Below, piece after piece: positions 1 to 8,952 of a stretch of 64,000 bases of DNA. The position numbers were made by a program, and so were the translations under genes. How positions within the stretch are numbered: position 1 is the stretch's first letter; the number at the start of each line of letters is the position of its first letter. A model generated the notes under the pieces. That model did no database searches, was not told the origin of the DNA, and saw only the letters and a program-made list of their open reading frames with translations. The stretch is taken from the sequence record MT939492.1; one strand, 5' to 3'.

Positions 1-1
1 C

Positions 2-820
2 GGCAGGGCGCCGTATACGGTCACGGTGGAGGGTGTGAATCCCGATCAGCAGGAAGACCTCGCTTCACTGATCGCCGCCTTCCTGGCCAACACGTTCCCC
101 AAGAATCGCGTGTTCCTCAAGATGGCAACGCGTCCGAGTTGGTCGGCGTCTGAAGAAGGCGTGCAAGATCTTACCGCTCATCTCGCCGGCGAGGACAATT
201 GCGGCGGACTCGGCGTCGGCAAAAATCGCACCGCACACGACTTCGACAATATCCTGGTGCGTGACGGACCGGCGGACCACCCCGCGTGGACCATGGACCC
301 ACCGAGCTACCAGATCCCGGAAAACAGCGCGATGTATCTGGAAGCCGAACGCAAGGTAACTGGACCTTTCCCGTTCCTGTTCCCGACCGAGGCCTTCAGC
401 TACGTCGGTAAGAAGCTGGCTGTCACGGCAATCGTGCTTCATGTCACTGAATCGGCAGGTGACATGGTAGTTCGTCTGGATAAGCCGGTTATCCTCAGGC
501 CGAAGAATGCGATGATCGAAGCGGAAGAACAGATCCGCAAGGTTATCCGCAATCGCGAGCAGATGGAAGCCGATCACATCCCGATCGCCGGCGGTGTCCG
601 TAGTCCTCCTGCGAAGATGCCGGGCCTTACGCTCTTCGGTTCTTCCGAGGATCAGCGCAGGGAGATCGAAGTCGCAGTCCATTTGTCCCTGGTCATCGAC
701 TGCATCCACCACACGATCGATTATGCCATCACCAACATCCCGCTGCTTCGCGGTAAGCGCAGCAAGGTGGTTCCGTTGGGGTTGGTCATCGACCTCATCG
801 ACGAACCCGACGTGGAGTAA
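2..820 (+). CDS. Hypothetical protein, 5'-truncated by the window edge; resembles the N-terminal part of 2589..4730
   Basis: Frame is open from position 2 with no stop before GTG26; codon usage is phage-like; the next gene starts at 828. Confidence 0.75.
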   Translation, partial: GRAPYTVTVEGVNPDQQEDLASLIAAFLANTFPKNRVFLKMATRPSWSASEEGVQDLTAHLAGEDNCGGLGVGKNRTAHDFDNILVRDGPADHPAWTMDPPSYQIPENSAMYLEAERKVTGPFPFLFPTEAFSYVGKKLAVTAIVLHVTESAGDMVVRLDKPVILRPKNAMIEAEEQIRKVIRNREQMEADHIPIAGGVRSPPAKMPGLTLFGSSEDQRREIEVAVHLSLVIDCIHHTIDYAITNIPLLRGKRSKVVPLGLVIDLIDEPDVE

Positions 821-827
821 CACGAAG

Positions 828-1145
828 ATGTCCAAGGGACAAGACATCCGCGAAACGGCTATGGGCAAACTGAAGCTCATTGAGGAGCAGGTGCTATTCG
901 TCGAAGGAACGCTGGGTATGCTTGACCTGCCCACGCCTGCCGGCACCACGCGCACATCGAAGATCACCAACCTGTTGTCCAGGGGAACTGGTCTGCCTAG
1001 TGAGCATAGCGAGGAGCTGCTCAATCTGGGAGTTGCCATGGCATACGGTCGTGAGAACCACCGTGACCTGGACAGCATCGAGCTGCGCCACAACGGCGAT
1101 GACACCATCGACCTCCACGCACGTTTTGCACCAAAGGGACCGTAA
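828..1145 (+). CDS. Small hypothetical protein, paralog family A (105 aa)
   Basis: ATG828 lies 7 nt after the upstream stop (ORF track start 594 overlaps the previous gene); C-terminus RDLDSIELRH..LHARFAPK is shared with neighbours. Confidence 0.8.
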   Translation: MSKGQDIRETAMGKLKLIEEQVLFVEGTLGMLDLPTPAGTTRTSKITNLLSRGTGLPSEHSEELLNLGVAMAYGRENHRDLDSIELRHNGDDTIDLHARFAPKGP

Positions 1146-1148
1146 CCG

Positions 1149-1433
1149 ATGGAAGAGTCCGAAAACGCTCCAAACCTCGTCGATCTTGTCGATGTGAGTG
1201 ACATCGGCAATCCGACCAAGCTGGCCACAGGTCTGCGCAAGTCCCGTCTGGAATCGATGCTCAGCTCGGGCACGACTCTGGACCAGGGTAGGGCGCAGGA
1301 TCTGCTCAACGGCCACATCAACGCAGCCTTCGGTGAAGACAACTACCGGGGGCTGGACACGATCGAAATCCAGCGCAACTTTAGCGACGTAGTCGTGGTG
1401 CGAGCCACGTTCCGTCCCAAAGACAAGGACTGA
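1149..1433 (+). CDS. Small hypothetical protein, paralog family A
   Basis: Tightly packed ORF; C-terminus RGLDTIEIQR..VRATFRPK. Confidence 0.8.
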   Translation: MEESENAPNLVDLVDVSDIGNPTKLATGLRKSRLESMLSSGTTLDQGRAQDLLNGHINAAFGEDNYRGLDTIEIQRNFSDVVVVRATFRPKDKD

Positions 1434-1434
1434 A

Positions 1435-1770
1435 ATGTCTCTTACGTTCCAACCAGCAAAAGCCCTTCGACCCGTCGTCAATGTGGGCGAGTACCTCGAC
1501 CCCGCCAAGCGACCCGAAGGCGCTGTCATCTACGGTTCACCCAACCCCCGTTTCTGCGGGCCGGTTGATGTGGATGAACTTCGTCGCCTCGCCATGGCAG
1601 TTGGCATCAACGTCGACGAAGAGAAGGCTGTTGTCGAACGGTTCTGCGAACGCCTCAAGTCACGCATGGCCGTGATTCCCCAGGTTCCGGTTCTGCCGGA
1701 TCAACCCGAGGGAGGTGAGCAGCCGTTCATCGTCCTCGATTCCCTTTCGCTTTATCTGGAGCAGAAGTAG
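1435..1770 (+). CDS. Hypothetical protein
   Basis: 111 aa ORF abutting both neighbours. Confidence 0.75.
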   Translation: MSLTFQPAKALRPVVNVGEYLDPAKRPEGAVIYGSPNPRFCGPVDVDELRRLAMAVGINVDEEKAVVERFCERLKSRMAVIPQVPVLPDQPEGGEQPFIVLDSLSLYLEQK

Positions 1771-2150
1771 TGTCCAATTCCAAGAAGCCGGTCTACGTCA
1801 CCGAACAGGACGAACCGATCGAAGAGCGCGTCCTCGCCAATGCGCGCTACGATACCACCCTGGCCCGCATCGCCGATGGTCAGCGTGACGACGGCAAGAT
1901 GCGCCGCGCGCGTATCGAGGGTCTGCTGAGCGACGGTGTCGCCCCCAATACCCGCTACCAGGCCCTGAACGCCGCGCAGTCGGCTGCCGGCGGCTACGGT
2001 TCGGACTGGACCAAGCAGCCGAAGGTTCGTCGTGAAGTCGACTCGGTCGAGATCGAAGAACTGCCGGGCAACCGCGTTCGCGTGACTGCCGAGTACGCGC
2101 CGGTCAAGGACCAGCCGAAGCTGATCTGCCCCGGCGAGCCCTCGGTCTAA
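1770..2150 (+). CDS. Small hypothetical protein, paralog family A
   Basis: GTG start overlaps the upstream stop; C-terminus REVDSVEIEE..VRVTAEYAP. Confidence 0.8.
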   Translation: MSNSKKPVYVTEQDEPIEERVLANARYDTTLARIADGQRDDGKMRRARIEGLLSDGVAPNTRYQALNAAQSAAGGYGSDWTKQPKVRREVDSVEIEELPGNRVRVTAEYAPVKDQPKLICPGEPSV

Positions 2151-2494
2151 TGCGGCCGGACATCGAAGACGACGAGGACGAAGACGACGAAGAGGGTCAT
2201 GTCTCTTTGCCGATGCTGAGGTCGATGCAGCGCGCCTGCACCGGCTTCAAGGAGGTTGGCTCTGACCGGCCGAATCCTGGTTCTCGTCGTACGCACATCG
2301 AAAACATGCTGGCTGATTTCGAAGACCGGCATTTCTCCGATGCGGTATTCGATAGCGCACTCTCGCATGCCAAGTATTTCGGAAGTGATCAGTATTCTTC
2401 GCCCAAGCGTCGGGACGTTGATTCGGTCACCCTGGAACGCATCGGCGAAAGCGACGACGTGCGTCTGACTGCGGTCTTCCGTACCAAGCGTTAG
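2150..2494 (+). CDS. Small hypothetical protein, paralog family A
   Basis: TAATG coupling; C-terminus RDVDSVTLER..VRLTAVFRTK. Confidence 0.8.
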   Translation: MRPDIEDDEDEDDEEGHVSLPMLRSMQRACTGFKEVGSDRPNPGSRRTHIENMLADFEDRHFSDAVFDSALSHAKYFGSDQYSSPKRRDVDSVTLERIGESDDVRLTAVFRTKR

Positions 2495-2502
2495 TAGTAC
2501 CG

Positions 2503-2529
2503 CCTCCCCGACAACGTTGGGGAGGTTTT
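2503..2529 (+). terminator. Hairpin terminator
   Basis: cctccccgac-aac-gttggggagg followed by tttt, just after stop 2494. Confidence 0.6.
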
Positions 2530-2588
2530 AGTAAATCGGCAGCTGAGCAAGGCTGTCCCACAATCGCACCCAAGAGAAAACAATCGCA

Positions 2589-4730
2589 ATGTCCAAGATT
2601 ACCTACACCCGCGAACAGCAGCCCCTGACCGTCGAGATCAGTGGCGGTCCCCAGTCCGGCAAGACCTCGGTGGCACGCCTGATCGCAACGGCCCTGCACA
2701 ACTCCGGTATGGAAGTTCTGCTGGCATCCCGTGATGATTTCCCGGCCTACACCACGGCCGAAGGCAACATGGAAAACGTGCCGGTCTTCGTGACTGACTC
2801 CCTGTACGAAGGGCGTCTGTTCGACGGTGGACACTGGAACTGGGAACACGGCAACGACACCGTCATCAGCGGTTCCCCGCAGAGCGAGCCGATCCAGAAC
2901 CGTGGCGACTTCTGGACCAAGGTCGAAGCGACCATCTCGGCCATTGCCCTGCTGGCCGGCACGGCAACCGACGACACCATCCAGACCCTGGTCAACAACC
3001 AGCTGGCCGAACTGGCCACCGATCGCTTCTCGCAGTACCGCCCTCCGGCGGTGGAGATCGAGCGCAACGGCAAGGCCATGCACAAGGTCACGATCAAGGT
3101 CTACGGCCTGTACAGCAGCGAGCCGTTCGAGCGTGAGTACATCCTGTACAACCCGACCCACATCGTCTGCCGCATGCGCAATCCGCGTGACCAGGAAGCC
3201 TACATGGAAACGCCGGCCGTCGCCGAAGACGACATGGCGCGTCATCAGGCCGATCTGGTTGCTCCGCCGGTGGTCAGCCCGGACGACTACATCAGCGTCA
3301 TCGATGTCGTCCAGCGTTCTCTGAGCAGTGCTGTCAATACCCTGCCGATCAGCAGCAAGGAGAACGACGTTGAACGCCGCCTGGACGCCGATGCCATCAA
3401 GCACTTCATCGACTTCGAACTGTACCTGGCCAATCTGAAGAAGGTGGTCGGGGAGGTCGGTATCAAGGTCGAGGCACTGACGGTGAAGGCCCGCATTACC
3501 TTCGTCAACGGTGAAGAGCAGACCAAGGAAGTCGTTCGCCCCGATTCGCTGGAGCTGGGAACCATCCAGCGCATCAGTGCCCTGATGAAGGTGATCTATC
3601 CGGGTATCGTGGCAGTTCACGAAGCGGCCAAGCGTGGCGAAGGTGCCTTCCCGGCCAAGACGATGTCGCAAGCGCTGGACAACGTCAAGTCGGCAGAAAT
3701 CGGTCTGGTCCTGCGCGATCTGGGTATGTCGGTGTCGTTCAGTGCTGATGTGCCGAACGCCAACGGGTGGCGCGAGAAGATCCTCATGATCTTCGATCCG
3801 ACCAGCCACACGCTGGAGCAGGCCCAGTATCTGCGCGACATGGCAGATCAGCTGAATCTGCAGGAAGGTGAGGATCGTATCTTCGGCGCCCAGAACGTCT
3901 CGATCGAGGTGCTGGATGGGCAGCTCCATCCGCTGGTGAAGAAGCTGGCTGTCAACATCGCCAGCTACGTCTCGGCCATCCACGCGGCAGGTTTGGCCGA
4001 TGAAGAAGCAGCCCTGCCGGTCGTCCTGGCCGCCTGCCAGAATGAACTGCGTGACAAGCTGCACTCCTTCGACATCCCGCAGCCGGTCGTCCTGCTGTTC
4101 GCCGAAGAAGGCCACCTGAAGGCCAACGTCACCATCGGCGCCACCCAGGCTCGCCTGTCCGCCCCGTTGACCTTCATCGACTCCGATAGCCTGGCGGCGT
4201 ACTCGCGTTTCCACAACGAGGTCAAGCCGTCGCTGGATCGTCTGACCAACGCCCTGGAAACGTCCGAGATCAAGAGCGATCGTGAACTGCTGCTGGCCTA
4301 TGAAGTCGCCTCGGGCAGTCAGCCCAAGACCGGCATCAATGTCCAGGCGATCGGCGGCATCCTGAGCCTGTTCCGTGACAATGGTCAGCAGTTGCCGGTG
4401 GCGCGTTTCTTCGCCGGTGAGGTTTCGGAAGACTACCAGAAGAGCGAAGCCAAGGTCGAAGAACCGGTGGTCACCCACGTCGGTGACAACTTCCCGCGTT
4501 CCAAGAAGCTGACCGCCGCTCACCTGCGCAAGGTGTGCCGCATCAAGCGTGGCGTGGGTTCGGTGATCGCCCCGGCCCTGAACCAGTGGCCGAAGGTGAA
4601 GACCTTCGACGTTGGCACCGACGACAACCAGCTGTTCAAGGTGCGTCTGCGCGCTACCAAGGATGGTGAAGTTGCCGCTGAAGTCAAGCCGGCCAAGAAG
4701 GCTGTCAAGAAGACCGCCAAGAAGAAGTAA
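2589..4730 (+). CDS. Multidomain protein with an N-terminal P-loop (Walker A) and a Lys/Ala-rich C-terminal tail
   Basis: TVEISGGPQSGKTSVARLIA is a beta-strand plus GxxxxGKT; ends KPAKKAVKKTAKKK. Confidence 0.7.
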   Translation: MSKITYTREQQPLTVEISGGPQSGKTSVARLIATALHNSGMEVLLASRDDFPAYTTAEGNMENVPVFVTDSLYEGRLFDGGHWNWEHGNDTVISGSPQSEPIQNRGDFWTKVEATISAIALLAGTATDDTIQTLVNNQLAELATDRFSQYRPPAVEIERNGKAMHKVTIKVYGLYSSEPFEREYILYNPTHIVCRMRNPRDQEAYMETPAVAEDDMARHQADLVAPPVVSPDDYISVIDVVQRSLSSAVNTLPISSKENDVERRLDADAIKHFIDFELYLANLKKVVGEVGIKVEALTVKARITFVNGEEQTKEVVRPDSLELGTIQRISALMKVIYPGIVAVHEAAKRGEGAFPAKTMSQALDNVKSAEIGLVLRDLGMSVSFSADVPNANGWREKILMIFDPTSHTLEQAQYLRDMADQLNLQEGEDRIFGAQNVSIEVLDGQLHPLVKKLAVNIASYVSAIHAAGLADEEAALPVVLAACQNELRDKLHSFDIPQPVVLLFAEEGHLKANVTIGATQARLSAPLTFIDSDSLAAYSRFHNEVKPSLDRLTNALETSEIKSDRELLLAYEVASGSQPKTGINVQAIGGILSLFRDNGQQLPVARFFAGEVSEDYQKSEAKVEEPVVTHVGDNFPRSKKLTAAHLRKVCRIKRGVGSVIAPALNQWPKVKTFDVGTDDNQLFKVRLRATKDGEVAAEVKPAKKAVKKTAKKK

Positions 4731-4732
4731 CC

Positions 4733-4761
4733 ACATAGAGGGGAGCCTTCGGGCTCCCCTC
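4733..4761 (+). terminator. CATA-flanked hairpin
   Basis: acata-gaggggagcc-ttcg-ggctcccctc; no U-tract. Confidence 0.6.
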
Positions 4762-4781
4762 GACCACCGTAAAGGAAGATC

Positions 4782-5201
4782 ATGGCTCTTTCCCGTGTTG
4801 CCACCCACCTGCCCGCAGTTCCCAAGCAGGTTACCGAGGCCAAGCCTCTGACCTCTGACCAGATCGAACAGCTCAACGCGCTGATCCTGCGTGGTGCTCC
4901 GTTCGATAAGACCACCTACTCCGCCGTGCTGCCGTGGCTGAAGATGCACTTCAGCGACAAGTACGTGCGCGAAGCAATCGAAAAGCTCATCGGCTACCGT
5001 GTTACCGGTGTGGACATGGGTAAGTCCATCGTCTACAACCTCCCGCACAAGAAGCTGGAGCATTCTGCTATCTACACCAAGGATGGCACGTACGGCCTGC
5101 GTGAACGCGGCACGCGCAAGCGTACCATCGTCTTCGTGCAGATCCATTTCGAGAATGGCCTGCACTACATCACCTCGGTCGTCCCGGCCGACAAGCTGTA
5201 A
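4782..5201 (+). CDS. Hypothetical protein
   Basis: 139 aa ORF with RBS aaggaag. Confidence 0.8.
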   Translation: MALSRVATHLPAVPKQVTEAKPLTSDQIEQLNALILRGAPFDKTTYSAVLPWLKMHFSDKYVREAIEKLIGYRVTGVDMGKSIVYNLPHKKLEHSAIYTKDGTYGLRERGTRKRTIVFVQIHFENGLHYITSVVPADKL

Positions 5202-5227
5202 CCCCAACCTTTTTCTTTGCCGCGAAA

Positions 5228-6349
5228 ATGACCACGAAAACTCCCGAACGTACCCTGGTGGTGGCCATCGTCCACACCCTCACCCAGTTCCAACATCTCC
5301 CGCCGCAGTGGCTCGCCAATGACTGCAGGACGCGTATCGTCGTTACCAACGACATGCGCTACGTGATCGAAAATGACAACACGGTCACCAAGAACTTCGA
5401 CATGGGTATCACGACCGATGATGTCAACTTCATCAGCGGTGGTGGCACGCATTCCAACACCCGTCGCAACAACGCCCATCTGACGGATTACGTCGAGGGC
5501 ATGCATTACCAAGCCCGCGAAACCAAGACGGCGCAGACCCTGCGCATGGCCAGCCTTGCCCGCCTGCTTCAGCTGAAGAACTTCATCAGCCCGCGTATCT
5601 ACAGCACCCAGTTCGCCGACAACCGCAATTCGACGTTCGGTCCGGACATCCGTGGCCGCGTCGTGGTCAAGCCGATCGACGGTGCCCGTGGTATCGGTCA
5701 GATCGTGGCCGACATGGACAAGATCACGCCAGCCGCCCTGATGATCCTGATCAAGGCCGCCAAGGACAAGGACGCCTTCCTGGAAGCGCTTGAAAAGCTC
5801 AAGCCGCATGTCGAGTACCATATCGGTCACGGCGATATCGAGGAAGGTCTGACCTCGCTGGTTGAGCAGGGCTTCTTCGTCCAGCAGCAGGTTCCCAACG
5901 TCACGGCCGAGTTCCGCCTGATCCTGACCCACAAGTCTGAAGTGGCGATGATCTTCAAGCGCAAGCGTGACAACATCCCGCTCTCGGACGATGCCAATGC
6001 CTTCGACTACAAGCAGGCCACCGGCGTCACTGTACTGCTGGAAGAAGCCAAGCCGACCGGCGAGTACGAACTGAATGTCCATCTGGATGAGATCACCACG
6101 TTCCTGAAGGAACTGGACATCCCGCTCAACTCGGTGGACCTGTTCTTCACCGACGACGGCAAGTGGGGTGTGTTCGAATACTGCCCGCAGTTCGGCACCG
6201 AGGGTATCGACCAGAAGATCATGGAACCGTTCCTGCGCGCGCAGATCGAGAACATGCTCGGCATCATCCCCATGCTCAACTACATGACTCCGGAAGATAC
6301 CCACCGCGTGATCCGCGCTCAGGGTGTCGAAACGGCTGAACGCTGCTGA
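5228..6349 (+). CDS. ATP-grasp (RimK-like) ligase
   Basis: Motifs in canonical order: VVVKPIDGARGIGQ, FVQQQV..EFRLI, SVDLF..DGKWGVFEYCPQFG. Confidence 0.75.
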   Translation: MTTKTPERTLVVAIVHTLTQFQHLPPQWLANDCRTRIVVTNDMRYVIENDNTVTKNFDMGITTDDVNFISGGGTHSNTRRNNAHLTDYVEGMHYQARETKTAQTLRMASLARLLQLKNFISPRIYSTQFADNRNSTFGPDIRGRVVVKPIDGARGIGQIVADMDKITPAALMILIKAAKDKDAFLEALEKLKPHVEYHIGHGDIEEGLTSLVEQGFFVQQQVPNVTAEFRLILTHKSEVAMIFKRKRDNIPLSDDANAFDYKQATGVTVLLEEAKPTGEYELNVHLDEITTFLKELDIPLNSVDLFFTDDGKWGVFEYCPQFGTEGIDQKIMEPFLRAQIENMLGIIPMLNYMTPEDTHRVIRAQGVETAERC

Positions 6350-6350
6350 G

Positions 6351-6388
6351 CGGCATAATGGAATGAGGGGGTAAAATCCCTCATTCCA
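6351..6388 (+). terminator. GGCATA-flanked hairpin
   Basis: cggcataa then an 11-bp stem tggaatgaggg/ccctcattcca. Confidence 0.65.
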
Positions 6389-6392
6389 ATCA

Positions 6393-6415
6393 TTTTCAGT
6401 TCTATATAACCTAGG
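6393..6415 (+). promoter_or_regulatory. Putative early promoter, copy 1
   Basis: ttttcagttctatataacctagg; matches the copies at 8962, 19602 and 27054 and resembles the phiKZ early consensus TATATTAC. Confidence 0.6.
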
Positions 6416-6455
6416 TGAAGCTACCCCAATAACCCATCGCAAGGAAGCCATTACC

Positions 6456-6623
6456 ATGAACAAGTTCTTCAAACTTACCAGCGTTGCGCTGGTTGCCCTT
6501 ATGCTGTCTGCTGTCGGTTTCTCGGCCTACGCTGAGATGAAGGCGAATAAGGTCTCTGGTGCTCCGGTTGAATACTCCGGCAGCCAGTTGTCCTTTGCCA
6601 ACGAGATTTCCAAAGCGTTCTAA
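6456..6623 (+). CDS. 55-aa protein with a signal peptide (not in the ORF track)
   Basis: MNKFFKLTSVALVALMLSAVGFSAYA|EMKANK...; RBS aaggaag; AYA resembles a signal peptidase I site. Confidence 0.75.
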   Translation: MNKFFKLTSVALVALMLSAVGFSAYAEMKANKVSGAPVEYSGSQLSFANEISKAF

Positions 6624-6637
6624 ACGGAGAAGTACGA

Positions 6638-6973
6638 ATGCGTCAAGTTGCCTATCGCGGTAAGGTCTACCTCAATTGCCTGACCCTCGCTAACCAGCAC
6701 CGCATTGAAGTGTCTGAAGCGCGTCGCCGCGTGTTGTCCAAAGATCCGCTGTACAGTGACTACCAGTGGGCCGATGAAGATGAGGCCCGCACGTTCACGA
6801 TGGTCCATGTGCCGGGTCGTTACAAAGTGGTCATCGGTCGTCAGCGCTACGAATCGTTCGAGGAGGCCGCCGATGATTACGGCGTCACCAAGAACACCAT
6901 TCGCCGTCGCGTCGAATCGGATTACTTCCCGAACTACTACACCCTGGTTATCGCGCCGCGGTTGCGCGGCTAA
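6638..6973 (+). CDS. Small DNA-binding protein with two NUMOD1/HTH-like repeats
   Basis: Internal repeat V.Y.G..Y...RRRVLS..P.Y versus V.IG..YESFEEAADDYGVTKNTIRRRVES..P.Y. Confidence 0.6.
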   Translation: MRQVAYRGKVYLNCLTLANQHRIEVSEARRRVLSKDPLYSDYQWADEDEARTFTMVHVPGRYKVVIGRQRYESFEEAADDYGVTKNTIRRRVESDYFPNYYTLVIAPRLRG

Positions 6974-6982
6974 CGGAGTATC

Positions 6983-7435
6983 ATGTCCTCGCACGTTGCA
7001 GTACCACCGATGAGCTACGACAAGAAGTTCATCTTCGTTCACAACCACCACGATGTGGCAGCTGCAATGATTGCTGCCGTTCCGCTCATCCCACTGGTTG
7101 AATGCGAACGAGCCCCTGCTAGCTTGGTCAGCCACATCAAACTCGACCTGAACATTGGTCCGTTCATTGACCTCTTCGATGAAAACGTCACGATCTTCCA
7201 GCCGCTGATGGCCTCGCAGCATCTGCGTCGCAAGGGATACGACGATCGTATCTTCACTCTTTTCGGACGCTTCCATCTACCCAGCCGTAGTCACAATGGA
7301 ACTCCGATGAACGTCTTGGCGTATGTGGACTTCAAGCACTTCATCGAACGGCGTCGTTACGAAGGTGCGTGCTGCTTCAACTGTGCGGCGAGAGATATGC
7401 TGATCAATACGTACAACTTCGAAGAAGCACCCTGA
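6983..7435 (+). CDS. Hypothetical protein
   Basis: ORF with RBS ggag; followed by a terminator. Confidence 0.75.
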   Translation: MSSHVAVPPMSYDKKFIFVHNHHDVAAAMIAAVPLIPLVECERAPASLVSHIKLDLNIGPFIDLFDENVTIFQPLMASQHLRRKGYDDRIFTLFGRFHLPSRSHNGTPMNVLAYVDFKHFIERRRYEGACCFNCAARDMLINTYNFEEAP

Positions 7436-7480
7436 CATAGCCCTCCCCGCAAGGGGAGGGTGATCCCCTATCTTTTTCTT
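7435..7480 (+). terminator. CATA-flanked hairpin with U-tract
   Basis: acatag-ccctcccc-gcaa-ggggaggg then tctttttctttt. Confidence 0.7.
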
Positions 7481-7543
7481 TTGTCGGTACGACTATGCTA
7501 TAGCGGGCAAAGGCCTGCTTTGCTCACTCCCAGAGGCACTTTC

Positions 7544-8911
7544 ATGACCAACAGTCTCCACAACCTTTTCGCCTCCATGGAGGCTGATGAGGCAAACGGC
7601 ACAGCTCAGAAAGAGCTGGAGTACGTGTTCTACGGCAAGCTGACCGACTTCACTGAACTGGAGCGGGCGGCAGGCAAGGAAACCCACGAACAGTGGGAAA
7701 TCCGCGTTGAAGCCGGTGACAAGAATCCCTTCCCGGGCTGCGTGCGTGTGCGCCGCTACCAGGGTGAACGCTACGTCCAGTGCATCAAGGTCATCACTCC
7801 CGGCGAAGACGCCAAGGACGAAGTCGAGCTGGAAGTCACCAAGGACATCTTCGAGTTCGTCAAGAAGCTGGCCACCGGTGGTAGCAACAAGGTTCGCTAC
7901 ATCTTCGAGATCCCCGAATCGAAGAACGTCTGGGAAGTCGACGTCTACGTCAAGCCCGACGGCACCTACGAGGAATGGTGCAAGATCGAGATGGAGGTCA
8001 AGGAACCGGTCGACTCGGTGCCGAAGCTTCCGGTCTCTTGTACCGACGTGATCGTCAACCAGTACAAGAACCGTACCGAAGACGAACACGCCAAGGTCAA
8101 GGAACTGATGAGCACGGTGTTCATCCTGGGCAATCAGTACCTGGCCGGCGCCAGCGAGCTGGGCAATGCCACGCAGGCTACCGACTCCGAGCCGGAAGGC
8201 GAAGCTGACAACCAGGACACCGGCGAAGGCGAACAGCAGACCGACACCGGTTCGGATGAATCCAAGACCGACGACCAGAACAAGGACGGTGGTGATGAAG
8301 GTTCCGCTGAAGGTGATGACAAGAAGGACGAAGGCAAGGGAACCGAGGACGCCACCGCTTCCACCGAGTCCCACGACCACTCCCACCAACCCATCGCCTC
8401 TGCCGACGTCGAAGGCGAAATCAGCGAAGCCCAGCGGGCGCTCCTGAGCGAGCTGTTCACCGGCGACATGATCGTCAACGATGGCCAGGAACAGATCTGC
8501 AAGGAACTGTTCAACCTGCGTGATCGTGGTCTGGTGGAATGCGGCGAGCAGGAAGGCGTGTGGCGCATCTCCGAAGCCGGCCGCGTGTACTACACCGAGA
8601 ACTACCGCATGGAAGACCTGGTGGCTGTGGAAAGCTATCTGGTGGACATGCAGGAACTGGCCGAGCGCGCCGAAGCGCTGGGTTCGGAAATCGGTGTGCT
8701 CACCCCCGTCGAAATGATGGACGACGAGCGTACCGCACCGCTGGTGGAAGAAGCGCGTGAACTGGCCAACCAGACCGCGCTGTCCAAGACCTACCCGACC
8801 GAAGACCCGAACACCATGATTTCCCTGGAGTTCGTCAAGAAGCTGTCCAGCCGCATCGACGCGGGCATGGAAGCTGCGCACAGCCGCATCGCACTGCTGC
8901 GCGGCCGCTAA
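7544..8911 (+). CDS. CYTH (triphosphate tunnel) domain protein with an acidic linker and C-terminal wHTH-like and helical domains
   Basis: KELEYVFY, EQWE, RVR, KVRY.F, WEVDVY and KIEMEV are CYTH motifs; ATG7544 has RBS gagg. Confidence 0.7.
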   Translation: MTNSLHNLFASMEADEANGTAQKELEYVFYGKLTDFTELERAAGKETHEQWEIRVEAGDKNPFPGCVRVRRYQGERYVQCIKVITPGEDAKDEVELEVTKDIFEFVKKLATGGSNKVRYIFEIPESKNVWEVDVYVKPDGTYEEWCKIEMEVKEPVDSVPKLPVSCTDVIVNQYKNRTEDEHAKVKELMSTVFILGNQYLAGASELGNATQATDSEPEGEADNQDTGEGEQQTDTGSDESKTDDQNKDGGDEGSAEGDDKKDEGKGTEDATASTESHDHSHQPIASADVEGEISEAQRALLSELFTGDMIVNDGQEQICKELFNLRDRGLVECGEQEGVWRISEAGRVYYTENYRMEDLVAVESYLVDMQELAERAEALGSEIGVLTPVEMMDDERTAPLVEEARELANQTALSKTYPTEDPNTMISLEFVKKLSSRIDAGMEAAHSRIALLRGR

Positions 8912-8913
8912 CA

Positions 8914-8952
8914 ACATACGAGGAGGGGCATCGCGCCCCTCCTCTATGCCGC
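8914..8952 (+). terminator. CATA...TATGCC-flanked hairpin
   Basis: acatac-gaggaggggc-atcgc-gcccctcctc-tatgccgc. Confidence 0.65.

Noticed and set aside
4782-5201. RelE/Barnase-like toxin RNase
   Set aside because: Only a vague C-terminal beta pattern; no catalytic motif or antitoxin neighbour can be supported
2427-5207. 926-aa antisense ORF, and similar ones at 65..1342, 5165..6472 and 7493..8917
   Set aside because: Mirror-frame shadow of strongly biased GC-rich sense genes; no RBS or recognisable motifs
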